64,000 nt of DNA from positions 629,599 through 693,598 of the forward strand of contig MU057930.1 of assembly GCA_013265495.1 (NCBI GenBank), in the 5' to 3' direction. Position numbers and translations under genes: made by a program. Under the pieces are notes generated by a model. It was not told where the DNA came from. It saw nothing but the letters and a program-made list of their open reading frames with translations, and did no database searches. Below are positions 53,225-64,000 of this stretch, one piece after another; the stretch's first letter is position 1; each line of letters begins with the position of its first letter. The stretch is from Vicugna vicugna (lineage: Eukaryota).

Positions 53225-53648
53225 AGACTGCATGAAGGATCCTTAGCGATTATCTTACTAAGTGAAGTCAGTCAGACAGAGAGACACAAATATGATGTGA
53301 TACTAACTACTTGTGGACTCTAAAAAAAAAATGATACAAACGAAATTATTTACAAAACAGAAACAGACTCACTCACAGGCATAAAAAACAAACCTATGGC
53401 TATCAAAGGGGAAAGGCGAGGAAAGATAAATTAGGAATCTGGGATTACCAGATACAAACTACTGTCTATAAAACAGATAAACAACAAGGACCTACTGTAC
53501 AGCACAGGGAACTATAATCAATATCCTGTAATAGCCTATAATGAAAAAGAACATGAAAAAACCATACATATAACGGAAACACTTTGTTGTACACCAAAAA
53601 CTAAGACAACATTGTAAATCAACTAGATTTCAATTTAAGAAGAAAAAG
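53225..53648 (+). mobile_element. L1 3' end
   Basis: CTAAGTGAAGTCAGTCAGACAGAG...CAGCACAGGGAACTAT...CATTGTAAATCAAC. Confidence 0.85.
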
Positions 53649-54054
53649 GTTGCTTGGATTGAACATAACATGAGACTAAGTTTGTTTGTTTTTTTTTTAA
53701 TGTATTAGTACCATTGGTGGTCACTGAGGCTACAGGTAATGATTTTCAAAATGCTAAATAAAGTGAAAAAAAAAAAAGGATGTAATATCCACAGGTCTCC
53801 CCACTTTTGTGTCTGTTTCAGAATGTTAAGTCGCGATTTTGCAAGATCGAGTTCCATGTCGTTGCTAGCAAGATCCCAGAAACCAAAACCTAAAGGAGCA
53901 CTGAAGCGTCTCCATCCATGTCATCTTAAATGCACAGGACACGGTCACGGATGGGAACCTCGCGGGCCAAACCTGTCACCCAGGGAAGTCGTGAAACATT
54001 TTATTTCTGCTTTGTTTAACGGAGGCTTCCAAATAAAACAACTTTTAAAAAAAT

Positions 54055-54270
54055 ATATATATATATTTTTATTGACGTGTAATCAGTTTACAATGTTGTC
54101 TCACTTTTGGGTGTGCAGTCTAGTTCTTCAGTCATATAGGAACATACATTGATTCATTTCCATTTTCTTTTTCACCGTAAGTTATGACAAGATAAATGAA
54201 CATGGCTCCCGGTGCTCTACAGTATAAACTTGTGCGTCTATTTTATGTTTATTAGTTAGCAATCTGCAAA
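54055..54270 (-). mobile_element. Short L1 3' UTR tail
   Basis: ATCAGTTTACAATGTTGT...GGTGCTCTACAGTA. Confidence 0.7.
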
Positions 54271-54619
54271 CTGGGAGGTTCTAAAATGACCTCAAAAAAA
54301 CTAAAAGGACGGGGTATACCTATGGGGGGAGCATCGATGTTATAAACCCGACTTTTAAAAAGGAATACAGGAAATCAAGTACGTGACACTTTGGAAAACT
54401 GTAAATCACTAAAGAATTTTAAGAATCTTTCATTCCATAAAAAAGAATTCTTATTTTACCATATACATAAATGGTCTCCACTCCTCTATGTAAAAAAGCA
54501 TCCCATTTTATTCTCAGCAATGTAATAGATGAAATTCCATGAGGGAAAGTCAGACTGAATTCAGCTGCATCACGAAGTGATCCATCCCGTCACGGAATGG
54601 GACTCCGGTGTATCTTCCT

Positions 54620-55110
54620 CATCGACCTCCCATGTGGGAGCCACTAGCCACACATGGCATCTGAGCACTTCAAACGTACAGAGGAACTGAAATTCTAATC
54701 TGATTTTAACTCATCGGAACTTCAATGTAACAGCCTATTGGGTGCAGTGACTGAAAAACTTTATTTCTGAAGAGCTTGGTCACGTGAATCTACGCCTCCC
54801 CCAACTGTAAATGTTACAAATGCTAAATAAAGCATTTCCTGTATTTCTGATGGATGAAAATCCTGCACCCCAATTGAGACCGCATCGTAAGGCTAAAAAG
54901 GCACGTGGAATTTCAAATACACAGCAGCCAAAATTCAAGGGAAGTCCCTTGGGGTTGATACTGATTATATATTGATATGACCATGTTTGGAATATACTGA
55001 ATTAAATCGACTACATGAATAAAATAATCGTTTTTAAAGGAGGGCGACTGAAACACTTCAAATAACGCAGGAGGTCTGGCTCAGATTTATACTGCACGGG
55101 GCTGCTCTAG
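54620..55110. mobile_element. MER3/MER33/Charlie5-like remnant
   Basis: AGCCACTAGCCACACATGGC, GAGGAACTGAAATT and a terminal GCTGCTCTAG. Confidence 0.5.
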
Positions 55111-55543
55111 CTGAAATTGTCCAGGGGAACAAAACGTGCATCTCTGACCTTTGACATGGAACACTGTACGAATTTTGGATGAACGCACGTTGCTCTCAGC
55201 GGCTGTGACGATATTAAAAAAAAGTAAGACTTGCGTGTATCGCCCACTCTGTCTGAGTGTCTCTATTTAATGCCTGTGTGTACCGGCTGATTGGGTGGAC
55301 CGCTGGGGATACGGGAAGGAAAAAAAAGCTTACATTTTCATGAGGGATCAACAGCAACAACAAATACAAACCCCAGCGAAATCGCCCCGAAGCAAAACAA
55401 ACCAAAATCCTAGAAAGCGAAGGTGTGATGTGAAGGAGGAGAAACGGCCAACACGGAACACGAGAAAGTGTATCTAAAGCCCTGCGGTCTTGCCCCTTTG
55501 TTTGGAATAAAAATGTAGGAGTGCATTCGAAAACCAAACCTTT

Positions 55544-56016
55544 CTTGTAGTAACCGATAATGGAAAGGAGTATGAAAAGGAATATAAGCATGTACGCGTA
55601 TGACTGAAACATGATGCTGTGCACCAGAAATGGATGCAACATTGTGAACTGACCAGGCTTCAATAAAAATTTTAAAAAATTTACTATTAAAAAAAATGGC
55701 ACGAATGACCTTATTTACAAAACAGAAACAGACAGACAAACATAGAAAACAAACTTACGGTTACCAGGGGAGGAAGGGGGTGGGAATGGATGAATCAGGA
55801 GTTTGAGATTTGCAGTTACTAAGTACTATATATGAAATGGATACACAAGTTTTTACTGCAGAGCACAGGGAACTATATTCAATATTTTGTAGTCAATTAC
55901 CATGAAAAAGAACCTGAAAATGAATCTATATATGTATATGTATGACTGAAACACTATACTGTACACCAGAAATTGACACATTGTAAACTGATCATACTTC
56001 AATTAAAGAAAAACCC
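55544..56016 (+). mobile_element. Two stacked L1 3' UTR fragments (about 55544-55680 and 55695-56016)
   Basis: The terminal block is repeated, and a TSD-like AACCTTT sits at 55537-55543 and 56024-56030. Confidence 0.82.
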
Positions 56017-57084
56017 AAAAAACAACCTTTAGACTCCAACACAAGCCCCCAGTGCTTCCTCTAAAGGGTTGGTCCTGGCTTAATCGCACTGGATTTAAAA
56101 TATTAGCAGCTACTTTTTTATTCTGTACATGCTAGGCGGCATTGTTGCACCTGGGGAGAGTATGTGCTTTATAGACGGGGCTCTAAAGGAGGCATGAAAA
56201 TACAACACGTACGGCTTTGCAAGGGCCTCAGCCTCACTTGTGCTGAATTCTGCACTCTTGTCCACTGCACATTACACAATTTTTCAGATTCCTTACAGAG
56301 ACTGCTCCCCTGCTAAAGAGAACACTCAGAATCATCACTGGGGTGAATTAATCCAAAAGGTACCGTTATCCTGAACTATGAAAGATTTGATTTTATTTCA
56401 CTGTGCTGAATGCGATCAACTGTCTGGTGCTAGCAAGGCTGGAAACGTTTGTCCTACTAATTCCACTCTTGTAAATCTACCTCACAGAATCCGTCTCAAA
56501 CGTATGTTTACGGTTTTTAACCGTATCCTTTTGCTGTACGCCGGAAAGTAACATTGTCAACTGACTACCCGTCAATAAAAAGAACTAAAAATAAAATAAA
56601 ATAATGTTTTTTAAAAAAGAAGTCTACCTGAAAAAAAAAAAAACCCACATATTTACGAAGAGTGTACGTACTGTGCCTTTACTGACACAGGACGCCAGTA
56701 GAACTAATCGCAGATTTGTTCCACAAGAGGACTATTTTGGTGTTTTGTTATTATAAGAAATAAAAAGAATTTTTTTAAGTACATAAAGATGACCTCAAAA
56801 CGTTTAAAAGCATAATCCCTTCTTGCCAAAGGTGGTGGATTACATGAACTCAGCTCTGCCTTCTTCCAAAAGACAATGAAAAATAATGGGGAAAAAAAAT
56901 GTGCAACATGTGACCCACCAGGCTGGAGAAGGACCAGGAGCTGAGAGCCAGAGATTGGAAGCTGCCCAGGAGACGAGTCAGGAAAGCCGTCTGAAAAGAC
57001 CTGAGAGTGAAAAATAGAAGGGAGTCTGGGTAGAGAAGGCTCCTTGACTCCATGGGCAGCGAAGGCTTCATAAGAAAGAATATC

Positions 57085-57630
57085 TCACTTGAGATACCAC
57101 CTCACACCTATTGGCAAGGCTACCTTCAAAAAGACAAGTGACAAGGAAGGAGGAAAGGGAGCCCCTGTGCACTGTTGGTGGGAACATAATGGGTGCAGCC
57201 CCTGTGGGGAACAGTGTGGAGGTGCCTCAAAAAACTAAAAATAGAACTACCATGTGACCCAGCAATCCCACTTCTGGGTATTTACCCAGGGGGAAAAAAA
57301 AAACACTAATTAGAGAAGAAACATTCACCCCAGTGTTCATAGCAGCAGTATTACGACAGCCAAGTCATGGGAAGCAATGTAAATGTCCTTTGACAGATGG
57401 CTAGATAAAGAAGTTGTGGTATATGTATGTGGTGGAATACTACTCAGCCATGAAAAAGGACAAAATATTCCCATCAGCAGGAACATGGACGTATGTAAAG
57501 ATAAGCACATACTAAGAGAAAGACAAATACCATACCATACATTCTCACTTACATGAATCTAAACAAAAATGAATTCACAGAAACAGACAACAGAAAGCTG
57601 GCTGCCAGAGGCAGGGGGTGGGGAGTTGGG
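57085..57630 (+). mobile_element. L1 fragment, antisense to PRKX, ending about 25 bp from the exon 3 donor
   Basis: GAGATACCACCTCACACC...GTGCACTGTTGGTGGGAA...GGAATACTACTCAGCC. Confidence 0.88.
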
Positions 57631-57656
57631 GGGAAAGGAGAGACATGGTCACTTAC

Positions 57657-57920
57657 TTGTCCACCAGTTTCTTGGCGAAGCCGAAGTCAGTGAGTTTGAT
57701 GTGACCGTCTCGATCCAGAAGGATGTTCTCCGGCTTCAAGTCCCTGTAGACGATTTCCTTGGAGTGCAGGTACTCGATGGCACAGACGATCTCCGCCGAG
57801 TAGAAGAGCCCGGTGGTGCTGGAGAATCGGCCCTGGTTCCGCAGGTAGCTGAAGAGCTCCCCCCCCGGCACGAACTCCATCAGCATGTACAGGAAGCGCT
57901 CGTCATGCCACGTCCAGAAC
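57657..57920 (-). CDS. PRKX: PRKX exon 3 (264 bp): [87 protein letters not shown](K)
   Basis: Acceptor CCACAG|G at 57921-57922 and donor AA|GTAAGT at 57651-57656. Contains the hinge, the catalytic loop YRDLKPEN and DFG. Near-identical to human PRKX as recalled. Confidence 0.98.
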
Positions 57921-57974
57921 CTGTGGGACCACAGTGGGACTGAAGGCTGTGCCCTGGACAGACGGAGGGGGACG

Positions 57975-58450
57975 GGTGGACACAGATGTCGAGACGTGGT
58001 GTAGACAGAAGTTACCTGACATGTGCGGACATGGGGTGAGATGTGTGTCTGGATACTCCTGTGGATGGACCTATGTGAGCTACGTGTGTGGACAGACATG
58101 AAAGTTTGGTAGTGGTAGATGTTACGGTATGTGTAGTTACAGGTCAAGATAAACCTCTAGGTAATGTTAAGAGTCCCACAGAGATGGACAGAAGCTAAGA
58201 TCTGCGTGTAGACAGATGTTAAAATTTGGTAGAGACATGTCATGGGTACAGGCAGAGGCTATCCTGTGTGTACAGGCACATGTTAAGAACATGAAGGTGC
58301 TCACATGGAGAGATGCTGAAATATGTGTATGGACAGACGCGAAGGTTCAGCAGAGACGGATGGAAGCAGTCCTGGCACAGGTGAAGATGGATGCATAGGC
58401 ACATGTTAAGATTCAGGTACAGACAGATGCTAAGACACAGGTATATATAC
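57975..58450. repeat. Degenerate tandem repeat of about 22-24 bp (GTACAGACAGATGTTAAGA-like)
   Basis: The motifs AGACAGATG and CACATGTTAAGA recur at roughly regular spacing. Confidence 0.55.
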
Positions 58451-58507
58451 TACTGTGAATGTGCAAAGGTCTCAGCAAGGACAAGCGTAAATAAACTGGT
58501 TTGCAGC

Positions 58508-58908
58508 TGTTATGGGCTGAACTGTGTCTCCTCCCTCCTGCCCCCACCAAATTCATGTGTTAGCTCCTAACCTGACGACCTCAGAATGGGGCTGTGTTTG
58601 GAGATGGGGTCTTTAAAGGGGAGATGAAGGCAAAATGAAGTCATTAAGGTGGGTCCTGACCCCTTAGAACTGGTGTCCTTATAAGAAGAGGAGATGAGGA
58701 CCCAGACACACACAGACGGATGACCACGGGAGGACACAGGGAGGAGACGGCTTTCCACACACCAAGGAGAGGTGGCTCAGGAGACACCAGCCCTACTGAC
58801 ACCTGGATCTCAGATTCCAGCCTCCAGGACGGGGAGACAGTAAATATCTTTTGTTTAAGCCATCTACTCTGTGGTGCTTTGTCATGGCAGTCGTAGCAGA
58901 CTAATACA
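58508..58908 (+). mobile_element. MaLR LTR (MLT1B-like)
   Basis: TGTTATGGGCTGAACTGTG ... GCAGACTAATACA termini. Confidence 0.8.
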
Positions 58909-58924
58909 CACATTTTCGGGTTGG

Positions 58925-59612
58925 GGGTGGTGGGGGGCTGTGCTGTGCACTGTAGGTCTCCACCTCCCTGGTCTCCACCGACTAGCTGCCAGTAGTTCCT
59001 CCTACCTACCTACCTCTCTGTCTGTGTATCTATCCATGTATCTATCCATCCATCCATCTTATCTAACCATCCACCCATCCATCCAACCATCCGCCCATCT
59101 ATCTTATCTGTCTATCCATCTATGTAACCATCTATCCATCCATCCATCCATCCATCCATCCATCCAAGCATCCATCCATCTACCCATGTCACCAACCCAT
59201 CCATCCATCCATCCACCCATCTATCTTATGTACCTATCCATCTATGTATCCATCCATCCTCCATCCATCCATGCATCTATCCATCCATCAATCCATCCAT
59301 CCTCCATCCATCCATTCTTCCATCATATCTACCTATCCATCCATCTCTCTAATCTATTAATGCTATCATCTGTCTACCCACTTATCTATCTAGCTATGGC
59401 AGTGGTCTGTAATTGAGGACTATTTCAGACCCTAGGAGGCAGGTTGTCAATGTCTAGAGACATTTTTATGTCATCACCACTGGGGAATGAGAGCTACTGG
59501 CATGTAGGGGGGAGTAGAGATCAGGGATGCTGTTAAAGACCCTACACTACACAGAACAGCCCCAACAAAGAATTATCTGGCCCCAGATGTCAACAGTGCC
59601 CTATTGTAGATC
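58925..59612. mobile_element. Inverted pair of MER20 copies (58925-59000 minus; 59400-59612 plus) enclosing a (TCCA/TCTA)n array
   Basis: GGCTGTGCTGTGCACTGTAGG...GCCAGTAG on the left is the approximate reverse complement of CTACTGGC...CCTACACTACACAGAACAGCC on the right. Confidence 0.7.
59003..59395. repeat. Complex (TCCA/TCTA)n array in intron 2
   Basis: Directly visible. Confidence 0.95.
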
Positions 59613-60283
59613 CAAACAGCTCTAAGACGCCAGCAATTTCTAAACACGTTAAGAGGCGAGCAGCAGGCGTGGGGTCATGGTCTTTGGACAGAACACGAGC
59701 CTTTCTCCCCGGGACATCTTGACTGTGTGACATATTCTTTTGCACTGTGAACAGGGAGTTATTCAGTGCTTCTAAAATTATCTCCACAGTGGCTGAGCTG
59801 GCCTTTGGAAAGGCTGTCTCCTGGAACAGAATGCGTTCTCTGATGTGTGTGTAATGAACGTCCTGGCCTACTTTCAAAAATACAACCACTAGTCCTTCAC
59901 ATACCCAACGCTGATAACGCCACGGGGCGGACTTGCCAGATCATTCGAGTGGAATTTCAAACTTGAGCCTCTGTTCTGTGAGATTATCTGGTACCATCAG
60001 AATTCCATGCGGTTTTGAGTAAAGACAAGTGAAGCCCTGTCAACGTTTCTGGAGAGTGCAGAAAGCAGATGCTGGGGGAAGTGACTGCCTTCCAAGAGAG
60101 ACTGCACCATGGGCGGTTCACTACTCATGGGCTCTTCCCACTAAATCGTGTGACGCACCACGTGGCCCTGAGCACCCAACTTCACTTGTTGGCGGAGCTC
60201 GTCTGACACAGCGTGATCTCTCTCCCGGGCTGTGCACGGGGCATTTCAAGAGCCCAATCACACCCTAAATCATTTAAGCCTAG

Positions 60284-60950
60284 TTTTTTTTTTTTTCAAT
60301 TGAAGTATAGTCAGTTTACAATGTTGTGTCCATTTCTGGTGCACAGCATCATGTTTCAGTCATGCACGCACATACATATGTTCCTTTTCATATTCTTTTT
60401 CGTTAAAGGTTACAAGACATTGAATATAGTTCCCTGTGCTGTACAGTAGGAACTTCTTGTTTATCTATTCTGTACTTAGTGGTGTGTACATCCGAATCCC
60501 AAACTCCTAATTTATCCCTCCATCCCCATCACCTTCCCCCTTGGTAACCATGAGTTTGTTTTCTACATCTGTGAGTCTCTTTCTGTTTTGTAAATTAAGT
60601 TCATTTGTGTGTGTGTGTGTGTGTGTGTTTTTAGATTCCACATATGAGTGATATCATATGATATTTGTCATTCCCTTTCTGGCTTACTTCACTTAGAATG
60701 ACATTCTCCAGGTCCATCCATGTTGCTGCAAATGGCATTATTTTACTCTTTTTTATGGCTGAGTAGTATTCCATTGTATAAATATACCACCTCTTCTTTA
60801 TCCAGTCACCTGTTGATGGACATTTAGGTTGTTTTCATGTCTTGGCTATTGTAAACAGTGCCGCTGTGAACACTGGGGTGTGTGTATCTTTTCGAATTAG
60901 AGTTTTCTCTGGATATAAGCCCAGGAGTGGGATTGCTGGATCACAGGATA
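60284..60950 (-). mobile_element. L1 3' end, sense to PRKX, in intron 2
   Basis: Poly(T) followed by the reverse-complement 3' UTR and ORF2 end, with an internal (TG)n. Confidence 0.9.
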
Positions 60951-61090
60951 AGTCTTGTTTTCATAAACTGAGCTTTTAAACACTGCGTGGTCGCTGAACT
61001 GTTACACAGAAACTATCCAAATGCTACGCGTACACTGTCAACAGAGCCTCATGCACTGGAAGACCTACTCTTAGCAAGTCACTACATAGG

Positions 61091-61310
61091 TGTTCTGGGC
61101 TGAACTGCATCCCCTCTCCCAAAATCCGTATGTTGAAGCCCTAACACCAAGAACCTGAGAACATGACTACATCTAGAAATTTGATCTTTAAAAATGTGAT
61201 GAAGGTAAAATGAAGTCATCAGAGTGGGCCCTGATCCCACAGGAATGGTGTCTTTGTAAGAAGACAGAATGTGAACACAGACCCTCAGATGGATGACCTT
61301 ATAGAATAAA
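61091..61310 (+). mobile_element. MaLR LTR 5' fragment
   Basis: TGTTCTGGGCTGAACTGCATCCCC...TATGTTGAAGCCCTAAC...GTAAAATGAAGTCATCAGAGTGGGCCCT. Confidence 0.7.
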
Positions 61311-61499
61311 CGACCAGGAAAAAGTCCTGCCCCCTGGCCACACCTCCAGGTGGACCTGATGTATAAAAGGACCAGTCTCAGCTGCACCCTACACGCAGTG
61401 AGCTGAGTGGGAGTCAGGATTATCAAGGGTGCACACACGTTGTCGCATCATGGAGCTACCCAGGTGCGGAGAATCCACACTCCCTAAAAGGGATTTAGA

Positions 61500-61626
61500 G
61501 GGGAGGGCGTAGCTCAGTGGTAGAGCACGTGCTTAACATGCACAATGTCCTGGGTTCCATCCCCAGTCCCTCCGTTAAAAATAAACAAATAAATAAACCT
61601 AATCCACCGCCACCAAAAAAAAAAAA
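61500..61626 (+). mobile_element. tRNA-derived SINE, camelid Vic-1-like
   Basis: GGGGAGGGCGTAGCTCAGTGGTAGAGC (A box) ... GGGTTCCATCCCCAG (B box), then AAATAAA repeats, a C-rich patch and a poly(A) tail. Confidence 0.85.
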
Positions 61627-61959
61627 GACAAAACCTGACTTAGATAACTCAGGGTCAAATTCCACCCCACTGCCTCTGTGAGGCCAACAGCTTCCATCCT
61701 TATCTGAAAAGAAGGAGCATCGAGATACGGAATGTAGGTCCCTCTGGATTCGGACATCTACCACACCCGGGAAGGAAAACCGCTAACTCTGTCCTGGTCC
61801 CTTTTAACCCCCAAAGCTGCAGGGTTCTATCCCGGGGACGTCTCTGGCTTAGTCACAAAGCCTCCCCCGAGCCCACCTGCTGGGCTGGTCCCCACTCCAG
61901 GTGGGTGATGGGGTGCGGACTGGCTTCCCGGGGCGGCCGTCAGCGGAGACCCCAACCTT

Positions 61960-62356
61960 TCGCTTAAGCAGCACGAGCGTAACCTCTCACCACGCTGGGG
62001 CTTGGACGGCCAAGGCCAAGGTGTCGGTGGGGTCGGTTCCTTCTGGAGTCTCTAGGGAAGGATCCATCCTGGTTTCTTCTGGCTCCCTGTGGTTGCCAGC
62101 TATCCTTGGGGGTCCTTGGCTGGTGGCCTCGTCAACCCCAAGTCCAGCCTTCTCTACTCTGTGTCTCTGTGTGTCTTCTTCTCTTGTTACAGGGACACCC
62201 GTCATGCAGGATGAACCCACCCTATTCCTATAGGACCTCAACTTACGTCTTCATCACACCTGCAAAGACCCAATTTCTAAATAAATTCACAGGTGCTGGG
62301 GTAAGGAGTTCAGCACATCTTTACTTTACAGGGTGGACACAATTCAACCCCCAATA
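61960..62356 (-). mobile_element. MaLR LTR (MLT1C-like)
   Basis: Reverse-orientation motifs CCAAGGTGTCGG, CCTTGGCTGGTGGCC and ACACAATTCAACCC. Confidence 0.7.
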
Positions 62357-64000
62357 AGGTGCAACTCCCAGCCTTGGAAGCCCTCACCCAAGGTTCCCTA
62401 TAGCATCACCCTAACGTTTCCAGGGGGATGCGCCTGAGCGAGAAAAGAACTCAGCCCTGAAAACCACTCCTCCCACTGGCTTCTTCCCTCTTCCCCAAAC
62501 TTCCGTCTTCTCAACAGCAGCGTCTCAGACTTTTTTTTCTCTCCACCATCAATTCCGTCTGCTTCTCTTTCGTGTTCTCCTAATTTCACCGCAGACATGG
62601 AACGGACCATGGCACCTGGTTTCCAGAGCAGACTGAAATCCAGCCGCCAGGCGCACTGCCTTGCTAGAAAACTCAAGCCGCAAAGCACCCTGTGGGACAC
62701 ACCCCGACTTGATGGCTTGAGACTTAACTGCATTTGGTAAAAGTCCCAGACCGTTCTCGTAAACCACGTGAGCATGATCGGGCAGCACGTGAAGGAGACC
62801 ACGTCTCCTTTATAAAATGTGTACTGAAAACCCGAGCGAACTGAAGTCCTCTCCCAGAGTCGCTATTTCAGCTCACAGAAGAGACAAAACGAGATGCTCT
62901 TCCGGCCAAGTGGGGACGCAGCAGAGCTGACCAGTGAGGGCTGGTGACGTGGATGCACCAGCTCCTTCTGCTTTTGTGACTCAAAAGCATGAGACTCAAC
63001 TGACCCTTTCACATCGGCCCAAGACTGCCTTTCAGCTCCAGAAAAGGAAAGGGAGACGAAGAGACAGCCGCTTCCCTTTGCTCACTCATTAAGCACGCAA
63101 CCCGTCCCCACTCGGAGTGAGACGCTGTTTCAGGACCTGGGGACGGGGCCCCGGTGGCTTCGCTCGGGGACGGGTAAGATGCTCTGAGACCACGGTGCAG
63201 GGCACTGGACAGTGTGTCTCGGCGGGTGTATCGCAGAAGAAAGGCAGGTACTGGTGAGGTAGGAGGGGTGAGGGGCAGGGGTGAGGCAGGGGAAGGAGGC
63301 ATTGCAGGGGACGGGGTGGCCCTAGACTGCCAGGTGGACGTTGCCTCCCACCTCCTACTGCAGGTGTCCTTCCAAGATTGGACAACAGAGGGGAAAACAG
63401 TGGACAAGAGGTGAAGGCTGAGTCCGTGAGGAGCCCTTAGGACCCTGAGCTGCTGGGGCTTGGGGGGCGGCGGGCACACCTGAGAAGGGGCATGAGGAGG
63501 GGAGAGGTGGGGATCGGATGGAGGGCAGCTGCGGATGGGGCAGGGAGCCCTCTGCGGACGCCCGCACCCCGGCACCTCCGTGGGAGCTGGTCGGACCCTC
63601 TATTAACAAGCAGCGTGGGACAAACGGGTTTACTGGGTGCACGGCAGGCACATGCAGCTGGACGGCTCTGCGGAGCCCGTGCATGGAGATACTTCACAGC
63701 CAGCGAGGGACTCAGCGAAGGACGTGAGTGAGTGAAGCTGAGCAGGTGGGTGAGGTCCCAGAAGAAGCGACTGGGCAGGCTCTCCAGGGAGACGGAGATG
63801 CGAGGAGGGGGACAGAGCCTCGGGCGGGACAGGCACCCCCACCCCGCTGCCCCGGGGAAGGCGCCTGTGGAAACAGCGCCTTTGCCCGTGGATCTGGCCA
63901 GGCGGAGGCTCAGGGGTCCTTGCAGGATGTCACACCTGGGAGCTGAGACAGCTCAGGAGCGTCCCCACCCCCCCGGCCGAGGCTTCCCCCGCACCGTGCG

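Noticed and set aside
57569..57943. Plus-strand 124-aa ORF
   Set aside because: Antisense shadow of PRKX exon 3 fused to L1 sequence.
57921..58147. N-terminal extension of the exon 3 ORF
   Set aside because: Intronic open frame upstream of a canonical acceptor, with no kinase similarity.
57975..58450. CRISPR-like repeat-spacer array
   Set aside because: The units are degenerate with no unique spacers, in a mammalian intron with no cas genes.
61500..61575. tRNA-like sequence with A and B boxes
   Set aside because: It continues into an AT-rich tail and poly(A), lacks a clean cloverleaf and T-run terminator, and is the head of a SINE.

Overview
This is mammalian genomic DNA, most likely camelid, judged from a Vic-1-like tRNA-derived SINE at 61500 and cetartiodactyl-type L1 3' UTRs. 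The only protein-coding gene I can support is the 3' part of PRKX (cAMP-dependent kinase catalytic subunit, X-linked) on the minus strand. It has six coding exons (exons 3-8 by human numbering: 57657-57920, 49541-49660, 43689-43784, 40277-40334, 36647-36724, 35878-36026). They join in frame through GT-AG introns to give an intact 246-aa C-terminal kinase segment ending FKNF*. A non-coding terminal exon of about 4.4 kb follows (34072 to about 29700); exons 1-2 lie beyond the right end of the window. Bases 1-29.7 kb are intergenic and mostly repeats: L1 3' fragments, MaLR LTRs, MER20/MER53/MER58 DNA transposons, one ERV1-type solo LTR and large GATA/GGAT arrays. The repeat and GC/CpG texture fits the pseudoautosomal region, where PRKX lies in most non-primate eutherians. 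I found no convincing new gene or new system, and nearly all ORF-track entries are repeat or low-complexity artefacts. The most notable signals are an unusually similar pair of ancient MaLR LTRs flanking exons 5-6, alternative polyadenylation architecture with a CpG island in the 3' UTR, twin-primed and stacked L1 insertions, and a degenerate minisatellite beside the exon 3 acceptor. Repeat family names and human comparisons come from recall of consensus sequences, not from a database search.
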